Origin: a virus
Length of the DNA stretch: 64,000 nucleotides
Direction: 5' to 3' (one strand)
Virus record (IMG/VR): IMGVR_UViG_3300015370_000011
Coordinates: 1-64,000 of that record
Positions within the stretch are counted from its first letter, which is position 1. The number at the start of each line of letters is the position of its first letter. A model generated the notes under the pieces. It was not told where the DNA came from, did not search any database, and saw only the letters and a list, made by a program, of their open reading frames with translations. The position numbers and the translations under genes are program-made. Shown piece by piece: positions 19,301 to 28,255 of this stretch.

Positions 19301-19644
19301 ATTGCAGTATAATATGTTTCTATGTACTTATCCCACATGGCGTGTATCGTAGAAATCTTATCTACTGTATCACGAATTAATAGTGGTTTGTCCGTTTTTC
19401 GTGCCCAAGTACGTTCGAATATTTCTGCATGCTCTTTAAAAAGCTCTTCAGGGGGATGTATCAACACGTCGCCTGGTGAAAGTGGTTCTAGATCAGCTAT
19501 TATATAATCTATAACATCCGGTATAGACAATACCGTAGCCACACGATAAAAAACATCCTCTGGTGTTTTTTCATTTGGCATATAGTATTTTTGCTTCATT
19601 ATGTGCTGCCCACGCGGCGGCACTTTTGTTTCTGATCTAATCAC
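16345..19644 (-). CDS. nrdJ: Class II (adenosylcobalamin-dependent) ribonucleotide reductase with intein
   Basis: PATPLLMNAG, LASCF, GGGVG, NP|CGE active site, QPTGT, SSGIEP, DSSISKT, TVYRSGSR; C-terminal TSCPD-like domain and Zn ribbon; no small subunit nearby. Confidence 0.9.
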   Translation of the reverse strand: MIRSETKVPPRGQHIMKQKYYMPNEKTPEDVFYRVATVLSIPDVIDYIIADLEPLSPGDVLIHPPEELFKEHAEIFERTWARKTDKPLLIRDTVDKISTIHAMWDKYIETYYTAISDLDFMPATPLLMNAGKPGHMGMLASCFFLQVEDSLLDIFSRVKDVAWISKLGGGVGLDMSNLRPQGTPVRSTNGKSSGPISFLNVFNETGNTVVQGGFRRSALLAALRVDHPDIVKFIQCKSVEGKLSNFNISVLLSNTFMRSLGALDSTAAWECTWKDKIYYIAKETGEPIEVGKSGKVYDKISNEMYYTAKEIWKLIINHAWSNGEPGILFDDHIQNGDIFKGKFGRLGVNPCQPKDAILLDDNRLREIHEAGKTWKSWRTGIKEVFKYTCTNGLEIRCTQDHKIMLENEKLVPIKDSIGKNIKWGLGNRKYALLDRKHILLGFLFGDGFRCGCGHGVGVKINENKEQEVAKLLREFGFKKQKSGGFYRNRMNLELDLDFNLEFLDHPVYSRNIPNQIIFGNTNVVASFLVGLWSANGSCSKIGMGSLKSTNIETIKIVQILLSSFGVPAWICPNKKNKTIWKNGTYTSKQSYNLQIAGSNMKFFRDNIGGFLHKHKMDNIRDTGREYTTKLTIIKQESLGEQEVWDYQMHQPPHYNLCQGVILSNCGELPLLSYESCILGAINLSNLVKDHKIDFEKLKRLVTLGVRFLDNAIDVNTFPLPEIEHASLRGRKIGLGSMGLHDLLLKLGISYGDAESIEIIDMLYGKMRAYAEEASKDLAKIRGIPPELAQIGIMKRNSGLLTVQPTGTVSLFCGCSSGIEPNFEWEYERNDSYGKATMRHFMLDLYKDKLPNFAKTAMEILPEEHVKVQGTVQRHIDSSISKTCNVPNHATEHDIDKIYRLAYDSMCKSITVYRSGSRKTEVLSKKEEPIILEDKKKRDRPRILYGATYRINTPGGKAYITVNEDRDGIREVFIHISKAGSEIQTHIEAEGRLISNSLKYRMPVNTIIDHLIDHKSNPIFDNGNLVKSVPDAVAKVMQEFKNNLEGFSQYLENNPEVQSIYTQQGNVKKQTGDLCPECGEVVYTSDTCPVCISCGYSQCG
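17653..18594 (-). mobile_element. Intein (314 aa) with LAGLIDADG homing endonuclease in RNR
   Basis: GVNP|CQPKDA...CTQDH...GVILSN|CGELP; LLGFLFGDG and FLVGLWSANG motifs. Confidence 0.9.
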
Positions 19645-19656
19645 GCTGATACCTTT

Positions 19657-20472
19657 CTAAGCATTTGTAACTTTAATGAACAAACCCAATCTAGCTATCG
19701 CCAAATCATAGTATTCCTTACTTACTTCGCTACCTATGTAATTTCTATCGGTTACCATTGCCATCTTTGCGGTTGTTCCGCTTCCCATAAGAGGATCGTA
19801 TACAATATCTTTTGGATTGCTCCAGGAAAGAATACAATCCTTTGCAAGTGCTTCTGGAAACCGTGCTGGGTGTTTTAAGGCTATCTTATCTTTGGTATCT
19901 TTCCCTTTTCCTACATGGTACTTCCACACGTTGTGCCGCATTGTATACTTTTTAGTTGTATAGCTTCCGGTATTTTTTGTATTGCCATTTTTCTGTCTTG
20001 CAGTATTTCCGGAGTTAAGTATATTTTCGCCGCTTTTAGTTAGCTTATCCTTTATTGGATTAAATGTTGTTGGTTTTCCTTTGCTAAATACAAACATATA
20101 TTCAAACCATGGACTATACCGTTTCATATTTGGATAGGGGGAAGGCCCACCAATTTTTTCGTATATCATAGTATCCAATAAATTAAACCCACAATTTTCT
20201 ACAAAAAATATTGCCTGTTTAAAGGATGATAAACTTTCGCAAAAATTACGAGTTTCATCACCGACTACCCACACAATAATTCCACCTTGTTTTGTTATTC
20301 TAAATAATTCATAAGCAACATCCGTAAATGTTGCCCATGTCCAATAACATTCAGATGTATAATCTCTCAATTTGTCATACGGCGGTGAGGTTATAGTTAA
20401 ATCTATACTAGAATCTTGAATCCTCTTCATAGTTTCTCTACAATCTTCATTGTATATTATATTAGTTTCCAT
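19657..20472 (-). CDS. Orphan beta-class amino-methyltransferase (SPPY, probably N4-cytosine)
   Basis: TSPPY motif IV precedes HPARFP and DPLMGSGTT motif I. Confidence 0.85.
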   Translation of the reverse strand: METNIIYNEDCRETMKRIQDSSIDLTITSPPYDKLRDYTSECYWTWATFTDVAYELFRITKQGGIIVWVVGDETRNFCESLSSFKQAIFFVENCGFNLLDTMIYEKIGGPSPYPNMKRYSPWFEYMFVFSKGKPTTFNPIKDKLTKSGENILNSGNTARQKNGNTKNTGSYTTKKYTMRHNVWKYHVGKGKDTKDKIALKHPARFPEALAKDCILSWSNPKDIVYDPLMGSGTTAKMAMVTDRNYIGSEVSKEYYDLAIARLGLFIKVTNA

Positions 20473-22399
20473 TTATATCTATCCTAGAAATGCCGTTGAT
20501 CCTAGAAACGTTCCAGATTTCATCAAAGATACTCGTGTCTATATCCGTATGAGAAATTACTTTGACGGACGATGCGCCCATTTCTCTAGCAATTGACACA
20601 ACAGAATCGAATACCAGATTTATTATATTCTTATCCAACGGCCCGAAGACCTCATCTAACCATAAATTGGATACACCCTTATTAGACAGTTCAGCAACGC
20701 TCTTCCATGTGCTAAGTAAAACAGCTAAACCAACTTCTGTAATCTGCCCGCCAGATCTGAGTTCAATTGGAAGGGAGGTAAAATTATCATGCACTATAAT
20801 GTTCACCTTATCAAATGTTTTATTTCCAGAAGCTGCCTTCTTTTGCGTTGTGAATTCAGCTTTATACTCTCCGGAGGATATATCCTTTAGAATGGTATTC
20901 ATATTCTTGTTTAACAATTCGAGTACCAAATCTATTTTATATATTTTTGCTAATTTGAATATCCTACTCGCCTCAGATAAATATTGCAAATAGTCTTGTT
21001 CTGTTGCATGCGTAAGCTTAATCTGTTCAATCGCATCCTCTTTCTGTTCCAATGTTTTATTGATTTTGTCGCGCAGTATAGCTTGTTCTTTTGCTGCTGC
21101 CCTAAGTCCGATAATTTTGTCTCTCTTTTTATTTATTCCAATAATATATTCTCGTCCCTTATTCAAACTCTCTCTACATTTTTCAAGGTTTTCATTTTCG
21201 ACAGCAATATCAGGAACGGCCTCCAAAACCAGGGAATCTATACTTGCTTGTTCTACTGTTATTTCGTGCGTCAAACGGGTATGCTCTTTAGCCTGCGTTA
21301 TTTTACCTTTTAATTTTCCTATATTTGGATCTAGTGTGCCTATTTTATCTGTAAGAATTGTTATTTGATTTTTACATCTAGAAACAATTGTGTCTTTGTG
21401 CTTTACAGGAATTTTTACTGGGCATTCTTCTCTAGTGACCGGACACGTATTATCTAATTTATCTGCTTTATGCATATCCGCCTTAGAAGATGAAAGCATA
21501 TACGCTGCTTGCGTATGCTCTTTACTCAAATCTTCCAAATCGTGTTCCATATCCTTGATATCTTTTGCGGGACTTCCCATCTGAGATATCTTCTGTTTTT
21601 TTGAGATTAATTTAGCGTGGAGTTCTTTGGCACGGTCATGCTGTCTTTTTATAGTATCCGCATTATTAAGCACAGAAACTAAGTCTTCTATAAGGTTTCT
21701 TATTTTTTCTATTTTATCTTGCCCCTTCTCAAGTTTTAGGTTTAGATCTTCTAGTTCTTCTGCGCTGTATTCGATACTATCTATAACTAATTCTTCCTGA
21801 AGGCGTTCAAACTCACTCTCAGTTGACGTGAGTAGGTTTTGCAATGTTTCTATCTCTCTTTTTTTCTCTTTTACTTTTTGATCTGTTTCAATGATAATAT
21901 CATCATATTTATTCAATGAAAATAGGTTGACTAATACCTTTGCGCGCTCAGAAGGTGTGCCCTCTACCAAGAGTTGTGTTTGTCTCTGCCCTAAAAAAGC
22001 AATAGCTTTAAAGTCATCAGCAGACATTCCTAGGAAATCTATGATAGCCTTTCTAGTATCTACATCCGTTTTTGCCCTTTTATCCTTGTCTGAAACTATA
22101 AAGTATAACCCGCTGTCTTTTCTATCACGAACTTCTCGGATGCTTGCTGGAATTCCATCTACGGATATATTAATAGATATATCATATCCAGTATCGAGTA
22201 CCTGATTAATTAAATTATTAACACTATCCTTGGATCTAATTGTTTTTCCAAAGAGCAAGTAATAAATAGCTTCGGAGATAGCAGATTTTCCAGCTCCGAT
22301 TTCACCGTTAATGTAGCAGATACCGGGATGATCCAGGGGTATTTGCTCTGTCTGATAGCTCATCCAGCCATCCAAATATAGTGTATGCAGATCAATCAC
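20462..22399 (-). CDS. sbcC: SbcC/Rad50/gp46-like SMC ATPase
   Basis: GEIGAGKS Walker A, coiled coils, CPV..C hook region, RSGGQ signature, LWLDE Walker B, ISH. Confidence 0.9.
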   Translation of the reverse strand: MIDLHTLYLDGWMSYQTEQIPLDHPGICYINGEIGAGKSAISEAIYYLLFGKTIRSKDSVNNLINQVLDTGYDISINISVDGIPASIREVRDRKDSGLYFIVSDKDKRAKTDVDTRKAIIDFLGMSADDFKAIAFLGQRQTQLLVEGTPSERAKVLVNLFSLNKYDDIIIETDQKVKEKKREIETLQNLLTSTESEFERLQEELVIDSIEYSAEELEDLNLKLEKGQDKIEKIRNLIEDLVSVLNNADTIKRQHDRAKELHAKLISKKQKISQMGSPAKDIKDMEHDLEDLSKEHTQAAYMLSSSKADMHKADKLDNTCPVTREECPVKIPVKHKDTIVSRCKNQITILTDKIGTLDPNIGKLKGKITQAKEHTRLTHEITVEQASIDSLVLEAVPDIAVENENLEKCRESLNKGREYIIGINKKRDKIIGLRAAAKEQAILRDKINKTLEQKEDAIEQIKLTHATEQDYLQYLSEASRIFKLAKIYKIDLVLELLNKNMNTILKDISSGEYKAEFTTQKKAASGNKTFDKVNIIVHDNFTSLPIELRSGGQITEVGLAVLLSTWKSVAELSNKGVSNLWLDEVFGPLDKNIINLVFDSVVSIAREMGASSVKVISHTDIDTSIFDEIWNVSRINGISRIDINGN

Positions 22400-23471
22400 G
22401 AACGATCTCCTGGCAAATACTTGTCAGCTTCTTCTTGTCTAGTTTTGTATCCGATTCCTCTATCAATATGTGTATCTCTTCCATCAGCGATTTGGCCTGT
22501 GATACTCTTTGTATACCTTTTCTAAGCACCGATTCAGAAACAGGATCGTTGTCCAGGATGACTTCTAGATAGTTATCCTTCAATTCGTTTTTTATATAGT
22601 CTTTTCCTAATGCCGCCCACGCTGTAATGGGGAGATTAAACACTAGTTTTATAAGATTACCTGTTGGAACAGTATCTGCAACTTTACGCACTATTTCTTC
22701 TTCTGTTGTCTCTCCTGGAGTATATCCAACGTCTAGTGCTATCTTTTGTGGTATTCCAAGTTGAATGCTTCTAGGCGCTTGGGTATCTGATACAATAACT
22801 ATCCCAGCTTCATCCGAGTATGTCTTTTGATATAACGTGCCTGAATAATAACAGTTATCCGATATTTTCAACCGTTTATGGATATCCCCTAACGCCACGT
22901 AATCAAAAGCATCTGTTACCGCTACCTTTTTATGTTTCATCGTCTTTATATTAAGATCTGGAAGCATCCCGTGCCATGCACCTATACTAAACCCATTCTT
23001 TGGTGTAGCTTTGCACAGTGCTTCCCATGCATCAAATGCGTAGACGCTTACTTCGTCTGATACATATTTTTCTCCTGATGTTAACACCGTAACATTACCA
23101 AGTTTTTCCTTGTCCGCAAGAATTCTAAGATATTCTAAAGAATTGTATGTCTTGGCCTTAGTTGTATAATCGTGATTTCCTATAGTGAAAATGAATTCTA
23201 TATCTTGGTTATTCAACAGGAAAGATAACAGCCTGTCTTTTGTTTCCTGATCTGGCTTGGGACGATCAAAAATATCCCCGACTGCTAATATGTAACCGCA
23301 CTTTTCTTCTCGCGCTTTAGAAACTAATGTATCTAAGGCGGTTGAAAAAATTGGGTGCGCACGAGGCGCACCCAAATGCCAATCAGCTGTGTGAATTAGC
23401 CTCAATCGTCCTGCCCCCAGATGTGCAGATTGCTTTGGCGCCTCGTTTCTTGATTGATCCACCACCTCCAA
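22392..23471 (-). CDS. sbcD: SbcD/Mre11/gp47-like metallophosphoesterase nuclease
   Basis: HTADWH, GDIFD, GNHD, ALGDIH. Confidence 0.9.
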   Translation of the reverse strand: MEVVDQSRNEAPKQSAHLGAGRLRLIHTADWHLGAPRAHPIFSTALDTLVSKAREEKCGYILAVGDIFDRPKPDQETKDRLLSFLLNNQDIEFIFTIGNHDYTTKAKTYNSLEYLRILADKEKLGNVTVLTSGEKYVSDEVSVYAFDAWEALCKATPKNGFSIGAWHGMLPDLNIKTMKHKKVAVTDAFDYVALGDIHKRLKISDNCYYSGTLYQKTYSDEAGIVIVSDTQAPRSIQLGIPQKIALDVGYTPGETTEEEIVRKVADTVPTGNLIKLVFNLPITAWAALGKDYIKNELKDNYLEVILDNDPVSESVLRKGIQRVSQAKSLMEEIHILIEESDTKLDKKKLTSICQEIVRD

Positions 23472-23519
23472 TCGATGTCAAGAACTTTTCCAGGATTCTC
23501 CAATTTATTTGGAAGCAGC

Positions 23520-24242
23520 TTAATCCTCGTCTGTAGAATCTTCATCGAAATTAAACAAGTCGTCGTCATCATCCAGCACCTTCTTCTTTTTCGGAGGATC
23601 CGCTTCTACTGGCTTCTTTTTCTTAGGTGGCGGATCTTCATCGTCATCTGCATCCTCTACCACTTTCCTTTTTCTGGGCGGTGGATCCTCATCATCATCA
23701 TCCTCTACCACTTTCCTCTTTTTCTTCGGTGGGGGATCATCATCCTCTACCGGCTTCTTTTTTCTAGGCGGGGGATCATCATCGTCATCCTCCACAACCC
23801 GCTTCTTTTTCTTTGGCGTATCTGTAGCATCTTCTACTGGATCTCCCCTTCCCTTCTTTCGCTTGGCACGCATAACAGTTTTAACTCTGCTAAATACTTC
23901 ACCATCAGTGGATTCATTATCCTCTACCAGGATACGTACTACAGAACCAATGGCATCTTCCAGATCTACTTCTTCTGAATCATCGTCATCTACCGGAAGA
24001 CCCGCAGCTTTTGCCCACTTGAACAGCTTGCTTTTTGGGGTGAGGGTATCAGACGTAATACCTGATACCTTTACGTCCTCATCGATCTGTTCATCATCGT
24101 CTGTAGCACCCGATACGGAAAAGAACCACAGATAATATGGACCGTGGTTTCCTTTTCCCTCACGAATTGAGTCCACAACTGCGGTGTACTCTCCTTCGTC
24201 GATGTGCCGTGCTCCAGGGCTTTTTCGTACTTTCAACGCCAT
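23520..24242 (-). CDS. Putative single-stranded DNA-binding protein with repetitive charged tail
   Basis: GAGGAG SD before ATG 24242; OB-fold-like N-terminus (EGEYTAVV...FSRV); acidic/aromatic end DLFNFDED; located among recombination genes. Confidence 0.6.
   Translation of the reverse strand: MALKVRKSPGARHIDEGEYTAVVDSIREGKGNHGPYYLWFFSVSGATDDDEQIDEDVKVSGITSDTLTPKSKLFKWAKAAGLPVDDDDSEEVDLEDAIGSVVRILVEDNESTDGEVFSRVKTVMRAKRKKGRGDPVEDATDTPKKKKRVVEDDDDDPPPRKKKPVEDDDPPPKKKRKVVEDDDDEDPPPRKRKVVEDADDDEDPPPKKKKPVEADPPKKKKVLDDDDDLFNFDEDSTDED
23560..23830 (-). repeat. Imperfect tandem coding repeats (DDDPPP[RK]K[KR]K[PV]VE)
   Basis: About six alternating acidic and basic blocks, visible in protein and DNA; coordinates approximate. 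Confidence 0.85.
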
Positions 24243-24253
24243 TTTTATTCTCC

Positions 24254-24844
24254 TCATCTGTTCAAGTGTTGCTCGACAGATAGTGCCTTTACTTGTTTGC
24301 CGAGCGTGGTTAACACCAAGTTCAAATCCTTCTTTTTAACATCTGTGATTCTACGAAACGAATCCGCGTCACCTTTTTGTGCTTCGATCTGTCTGAGGGC
24401 TTTGTATTCTTTCTTCAACTTTGTTCTGACCATAGCAGCCTGTTGTTTTTGGTTACTCAGTTCTCGTACTTCCTCCGATATTAGTAACTCGCTCTCCTTA
24501 TCCTCTATTATACTTTCCATTAGATTGTACAATCGCTGCCATCTAGCAAGATTATCCAAAGCGATAATTTCTATGGCTGTTACTCGTGAAAAGTAGCTTT
24601 GAGCATGTGCATACAACTCATTTATTTTTGATAAGTCTTGGATATCTATACTCTCTGGCAAGGCTACTAAATATCCTTCTATTTCTTTTTTCAATCTATC
24701 ATAATCAGGAACAATATTCATTGCCATATTATATTCTTCTGATAACACGTTTTTCTTACCTTTCGTGGTTAACTCATCTAATGTACCAGTGAGTCTATGA
24801 TCTAGCCGGTTATACGCAGGTAACGTTACCTTTTTAACTTTCAT
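24254..24844 (-). CDS. UvsY-like coiled-coil recombination mediator
   Basis: All-helical, between recA and the SSB-like gene; context-based call. Confidence 0.45.
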   Translation of the reverse strand: MKVKKVTLPAYNRLDHRLTGTLDELTTKGKKNVLSEEYNMAMNIVPDYDRLKKEIEGYLVALPESIDIQDLSKINELYAHAQSYFSRVTAIEIIALDNLARWQRLYNLMESIIEDKESELLISEEVRELSNQKQQAAMVRTKLKKEYKALRQIEAQKGDADSFRRITDVKKKDLNLVLTTLGKQVKALSVEQHLNR

Positions 24845-25179
24845 TCATAATCGCCTAATGATGCTTTAGCTTTCTTTACCTTTTCTTCTTTTTTATCCAT
24901 TACCTTCTTTGCGGTATTTACTCGCTCTTCTAACACTAGTTGATTTTCAATATTTTCAACTATAGATTTTATCAGTGGGGTACTGTTACAGGCATTTTTA
25001 ATATCTCTTTCCGTACTTTCTTTAGCGCGATTAAACAGAACGTCCTCATCTGAAGTATCCTCGTCTAGATGCGTACCAAAGCTCATGGATACAAACGATC
25101 CATCTGGAAACTTCTTAGAAAACGAAGTATCAAACTTCTTCATCATCGTCTTGCTCCACAGGGTCACTATCTTTTGCAT
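24841..25179 (-). CDS. Hypothetical protein
   Basis: Coupled to the end of recA; true start possibly MMKKF. Confidence 0.5.
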   Translation of the reverse strand: MQKIVTLWSKTMMKKFDTSFSKKFPDGSFVSMSFGTHLDEDTSDEDVLFNRAKESTERDIKNACNSTPLIKSIVENIENQLVLEERVNTAKKVMDKKEEKVKKAKASLGDYE

Positions 25180-28100
25180 TTATTTCTGCTAATATTTTAC
25201 TCATTATCTCTGGATCCTCTTGTAATGTTTTAACCGCAGCTGCAAACCCTGTTCCTAAGATAGCTTCACGGTAGGCATACTGAGCACCGTTCCGCTCTAT
25301 AATGTCTCTTTCTATTCCCAAAGCTATTACTTCTCTCTCTTTTACAAACCCTTTTCCAAAGATCAGATCAGTTTCTATTGATTTATACGGTGGAGCAAGT
25401 TTATTCTTTACCACCTTTACCTTTACTCTATTCCCGATTATACTACCTTTAACCTTGATAGCTGAAACTTTTCTTATATCCAAACGCACCGATGAATAAA
25501 ATTTTAGAGCATTGCCGCCAGACGTAGTTTCTGGATTTCCAAACACCACCCCTATTTTTTGCCTGAGCTGGTTGATAAAAATTACTAGCGTATTTGAACT
25601 GTGTATAATTCCTGTTAATTTTCGCAGAGCTTGTCCCATAAGTCGTGCCTGGAGGCCCATATGTGAATTATGGCATATAATATTTCCTATAGCAGTTACA
25701 AATGTTCCAGATTCTGTAGAAAAATCAAATAGAAATTCTGGGGGGGGTAACTGATAAAATTGAACTATTTCATTTTCTTTTTTAGTTATTCTACCTAGAT
25801 TTTCAGATAACGTTAGTTGTTCCGGGCGTTGTGTATGAACAACAGTATTTGTGCGTATTCCTAAACATGTATTTAAATATTGCGTTCCAGCAATAACAGC
25901 CAATGAATTATTGTGATAAAATCTGCTTGATTTAGTCTTACCCTTGCATGATCCGTCTCCAATCCAAAACCCATCTAAAAATGCCTGTTTAATTTCTTTT
26001 TTTGCATTTAATATTTCTTTTGGTAATTTCTTCAATCTAGTTTTTCTAAACACACATTCACGCATTAAATTTCCAAGCAGGATATTAGAAGAACATATTA
26101 ATACGTACAAATCTTTTCTTCTTGATTCATCGTTCCCACTATTGGAAACTTTTTGAATTTTAATTTTTGTTTCACATGTAAAGTTGTCATCAATAATTTG
26201 TTTACATTTATATATTAAATCCGGATCTGTGTTGCATACTTCAAATCTATTACACATATGCGTCCTCGGCGTACTACCCTCTGCGACAAAAAATCCCAAA
26301 AGCCATGCAATATCCGTATTATATATTTTTTTATCATTTTTACATTCTATATTTGAATATATGTCTAACCTATCGAATTTTTCTAATTCTTTCGGACTTT
26401 TTTCTTGAGCATTTACAAATAAAGAATGATCTTCTGTTACTTGTATATATCCAGTGGAAGTACGCACACACGTAATTGGTTTTTTATTTGTATTTAATTT
26501 CTTGACTACTCCGAGAAGAAGTTCCCAACCAGTATGTGTTAAAATTTCAACGGATTTAAATTTTTTATACCAACGTATTTTAAATCTATCGTTTACAATA
26601 CCGCCCCTATATAATTCTCCTGGTATCAAAATATCAATATAATTATCAATAGAATTTCTTACATAAACTGGAGTATCAAATGTAATGCTATCGCCGATTT
26701 CCCCATCGATTTCGGCTTTTGGGGTCAATGCAGAAACGGAATCGATTACAACAACAACAAATTTATTTGTCTTGATAATTTCAGAAGCAAGCTCTAACGC
26801 CTGTTCTCCATAGTCTGGTTGACTTACTAATAGCAGATCTGGGTTAACCCCGACCTTTTTTGCTAAATCCATATCCAAGGAATGCTCTGCATCAATAAAC
26901 GCAGCGTTTCCACCAGCTTTATTCGCAGCGGCAATTGCATGGAGAGCCACAGTAGTATTGTGTGTAACTATATAATTATCAGTAATGTAGAGCTGATCTG
27001 GATGCGCGATTAATATGCATTTAGCTGGTTTAATACCAATGTACTTTATTTCTTGTATCCATCTATTTCTATGATCATATATTCTCTGTTTACAAGTTCT
27101 ATTTTTTTTGCGTGTAAGACGAAACGGAGTTATACTTTCAGGTAATAAAATTGATAATCTATATGCTAATTTTCCAGAAACCCTATCTCCATTTTTTGTA
27201 TAATGCGTATTCCTTGTCATTGTATGCACTAATCCACCCAATCCGTATGCTAGATCAGTCATATCTTTTGCTAGTTGCTCACTCGTTGTTACATATTCAA
27301 TTGCGTGTTGTTGTTCAGAAATATATCCGTCAGAATCTAATAATCCTTGTAATAGGGCTTCTCTATTGGAAATATTAGAATTTAAATACTCTTTTGGAAT
27401 AAATTTTTCGCTAGATTTTAAACCAAATAATTTTAATTTACATAAACTATTGGTGATACATGATTTCGCATGCCCCTTGCGCATTTTTGAGATCGAATAG
27501 TCATATTTACTTATTTTTTTGATTTTTAATGCATTTTTATTCGCAAATGCTTTCATTTCTTGTACTATTTCACTGTCGGCGGTTGAAAATTTAATTGTAG
27601 ACCCTTGGCAGAAACTACCATCGCCCAAAAGGACACCTAAGATATAGGGATCTACATCTAATTCTTTTTTTTCAAATTGTATAGGATCGATCACTGGGAT
27701 CATATATTTATATCTGTCCTTTAACCTATAATCTTTTTGTAATTCTTTTAGTGGCAATGTTCTCCATATATTATTTTGTTTATCATCCCACGTTCGAACT
27801 GTCCATAAATGATCAGTACAACACTCTGTTTTGCGCCCATCTGAAAATGTAACTTCAAATATTTCTTTTTCACCTTGTAAAAATTCTGCAATAACTGTTG
27901 TTATTGTACCATCTTTAGCAATTAATAAATCGCCTGGGTGCGTATCACCCATAGTTTTCCATCCAAGTGGAGATAATATCTTAGCATCAAGGGGTTGTGC
28001 TTTACCCGTTGCTTCTGGCCCGTAGATTTCTACGATTCTACCCCTAGGAAGCCCACCAACTCCCAATGCGCCATCTACTAAAATAGATCCAGTTGAGATT

Positions 28101-28246
28101 ACATCAACGTTATCTGCGGCGGAAGAATCTCCCAACAATCGAATAGATGTTTTTCCAAATTTCTTTTGTAGGAGTAACAGCGCATCATCTATTGTTTCCA
28201 CCTGTATGTTAGAACCCTTTGTCTTTTTTGTTGTCTTTTTCGCCAC
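25130..28246 (-). CDS. recA: RecA recombinase with two inteins (349-aa extein)
   Basis: [19 protein letters not shown]|TT, FIDAEH, VIDSV, GD|[35 protein letters not shown]. Confidence 0.95.
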   Translation of the reverse strand: MAKKTTKKTKGSNIQVETIDDALLLLQKKFGKTSIRLLGDSSAADNVDVISTGSILVDGALGVGGLPRGRIVEIYGPEATGKAQPLDAKILSPLGWKTMGDTHPGDLLIAKDGTITTVIAEFLQGEKEIFEVTFSDGRKTECCTDHLWTVRTWDDKQNNIWRTLPLKELQKDYRLKDRYKYMIPVIDPIQFEKKELDVDPYILGVLLGDGSFCQGSTIKFSTADSEIVQEMKAFANKNALKIKKISKYDYSISKMRKGHAKSCITNSLCKLKLFGLKSSEKFIPKEYLNSNISNREALLQGLLDSDGYISEQQHAIEYVTTSEQLAKDMTDLAYGLGGLVHTMTRNTHYTKNGDRVSGKLAYRLSILLPESITPFRLTRKKNRTCKQRIYDHRNRWIQEIKYIGIKPAKCILIAHPDQLYITDNYIVTHNTTVALHAIAAANKAGGNAAFIDAEHSLDMDLAKKVGVNPDLLLVSQPDYGEQALELASEIIKTNKFVVVVIDSVSALTPKAEIDGEIGDSITFDTPVYVRNSIDNYIDILIPGELYRGGIVNDRFKIRWYKKFKSVEILTHTGWELLLGVVKKLNTNKKPITCVRTSTGYIQVTEDHSLFVNAQEKSPKELEKFDRLDIYSNIECKNDKKIYNTDIAWLLGFFVAEGSTPRTHMCNRFEVCNTDPDLIYKCKQIIDDNFTCETKIKIQKVSNSGNDESRRKDLYVLICSSNILLGNLMRECVFRKTRLKKLPKEILNAKKEIKQAFLDGFWIGDGSCKGKTKSSRFYHNNSLAVIAGTQYLNTCLGIRTNTVVHTQRPEQLTLSENLGRITKKENEIVQFYQLPPPEFLFDFSTESGTFVTAIGNIICHNSHMGLQARLMGQALRKLTGIIHSSNTLVIFINQLRQKIGVVFGNPETTSGGNALKFYSSVRLDIRKVSAIKVKGSIIGNRVKVKVVKNKLAPPYKSIETDLIFGKGFVKEREVIALGIERDIIERNGAQYAYREAILGTGFAAAVKTLQEDPEIMSKILAEINAKDSDPVEQDDDEEV
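25667..26689 (-). mobile_element. Ser-initiated intein (341 aa) with LAGLIDADG endonuclease
   Basis: EIGD|SITFDTPV...VTEDHSL...IICHN|SHMG; LLGFFVAEG and [10 protein letters not shown]. Confidence 0.9.
26957..28000 (-). mobile_element. Class 3 (Ala-initiated, WCT) intein (348 aa) with LAGLIDADG endonuclease in the RecA P-loop
   Basis: ATGK|AQPLDA...DHLW...AKCIL...IVTHN|TT; LGVLLGDG and LQGLLDSDG. Confidence 0.9.
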
Positions 28247-28255
28247 GGCATTCTC

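Noticed and set aside
23709-23729. SV40-type NLS as evidence for a eukaryotic virus
   Set aside because: SD sites, sigma-70 promoters, a sigma factor, RecA, DnaB and terminase all indicate a bacterial host; the match is one variant of a Lys/Pro-rich repeat.
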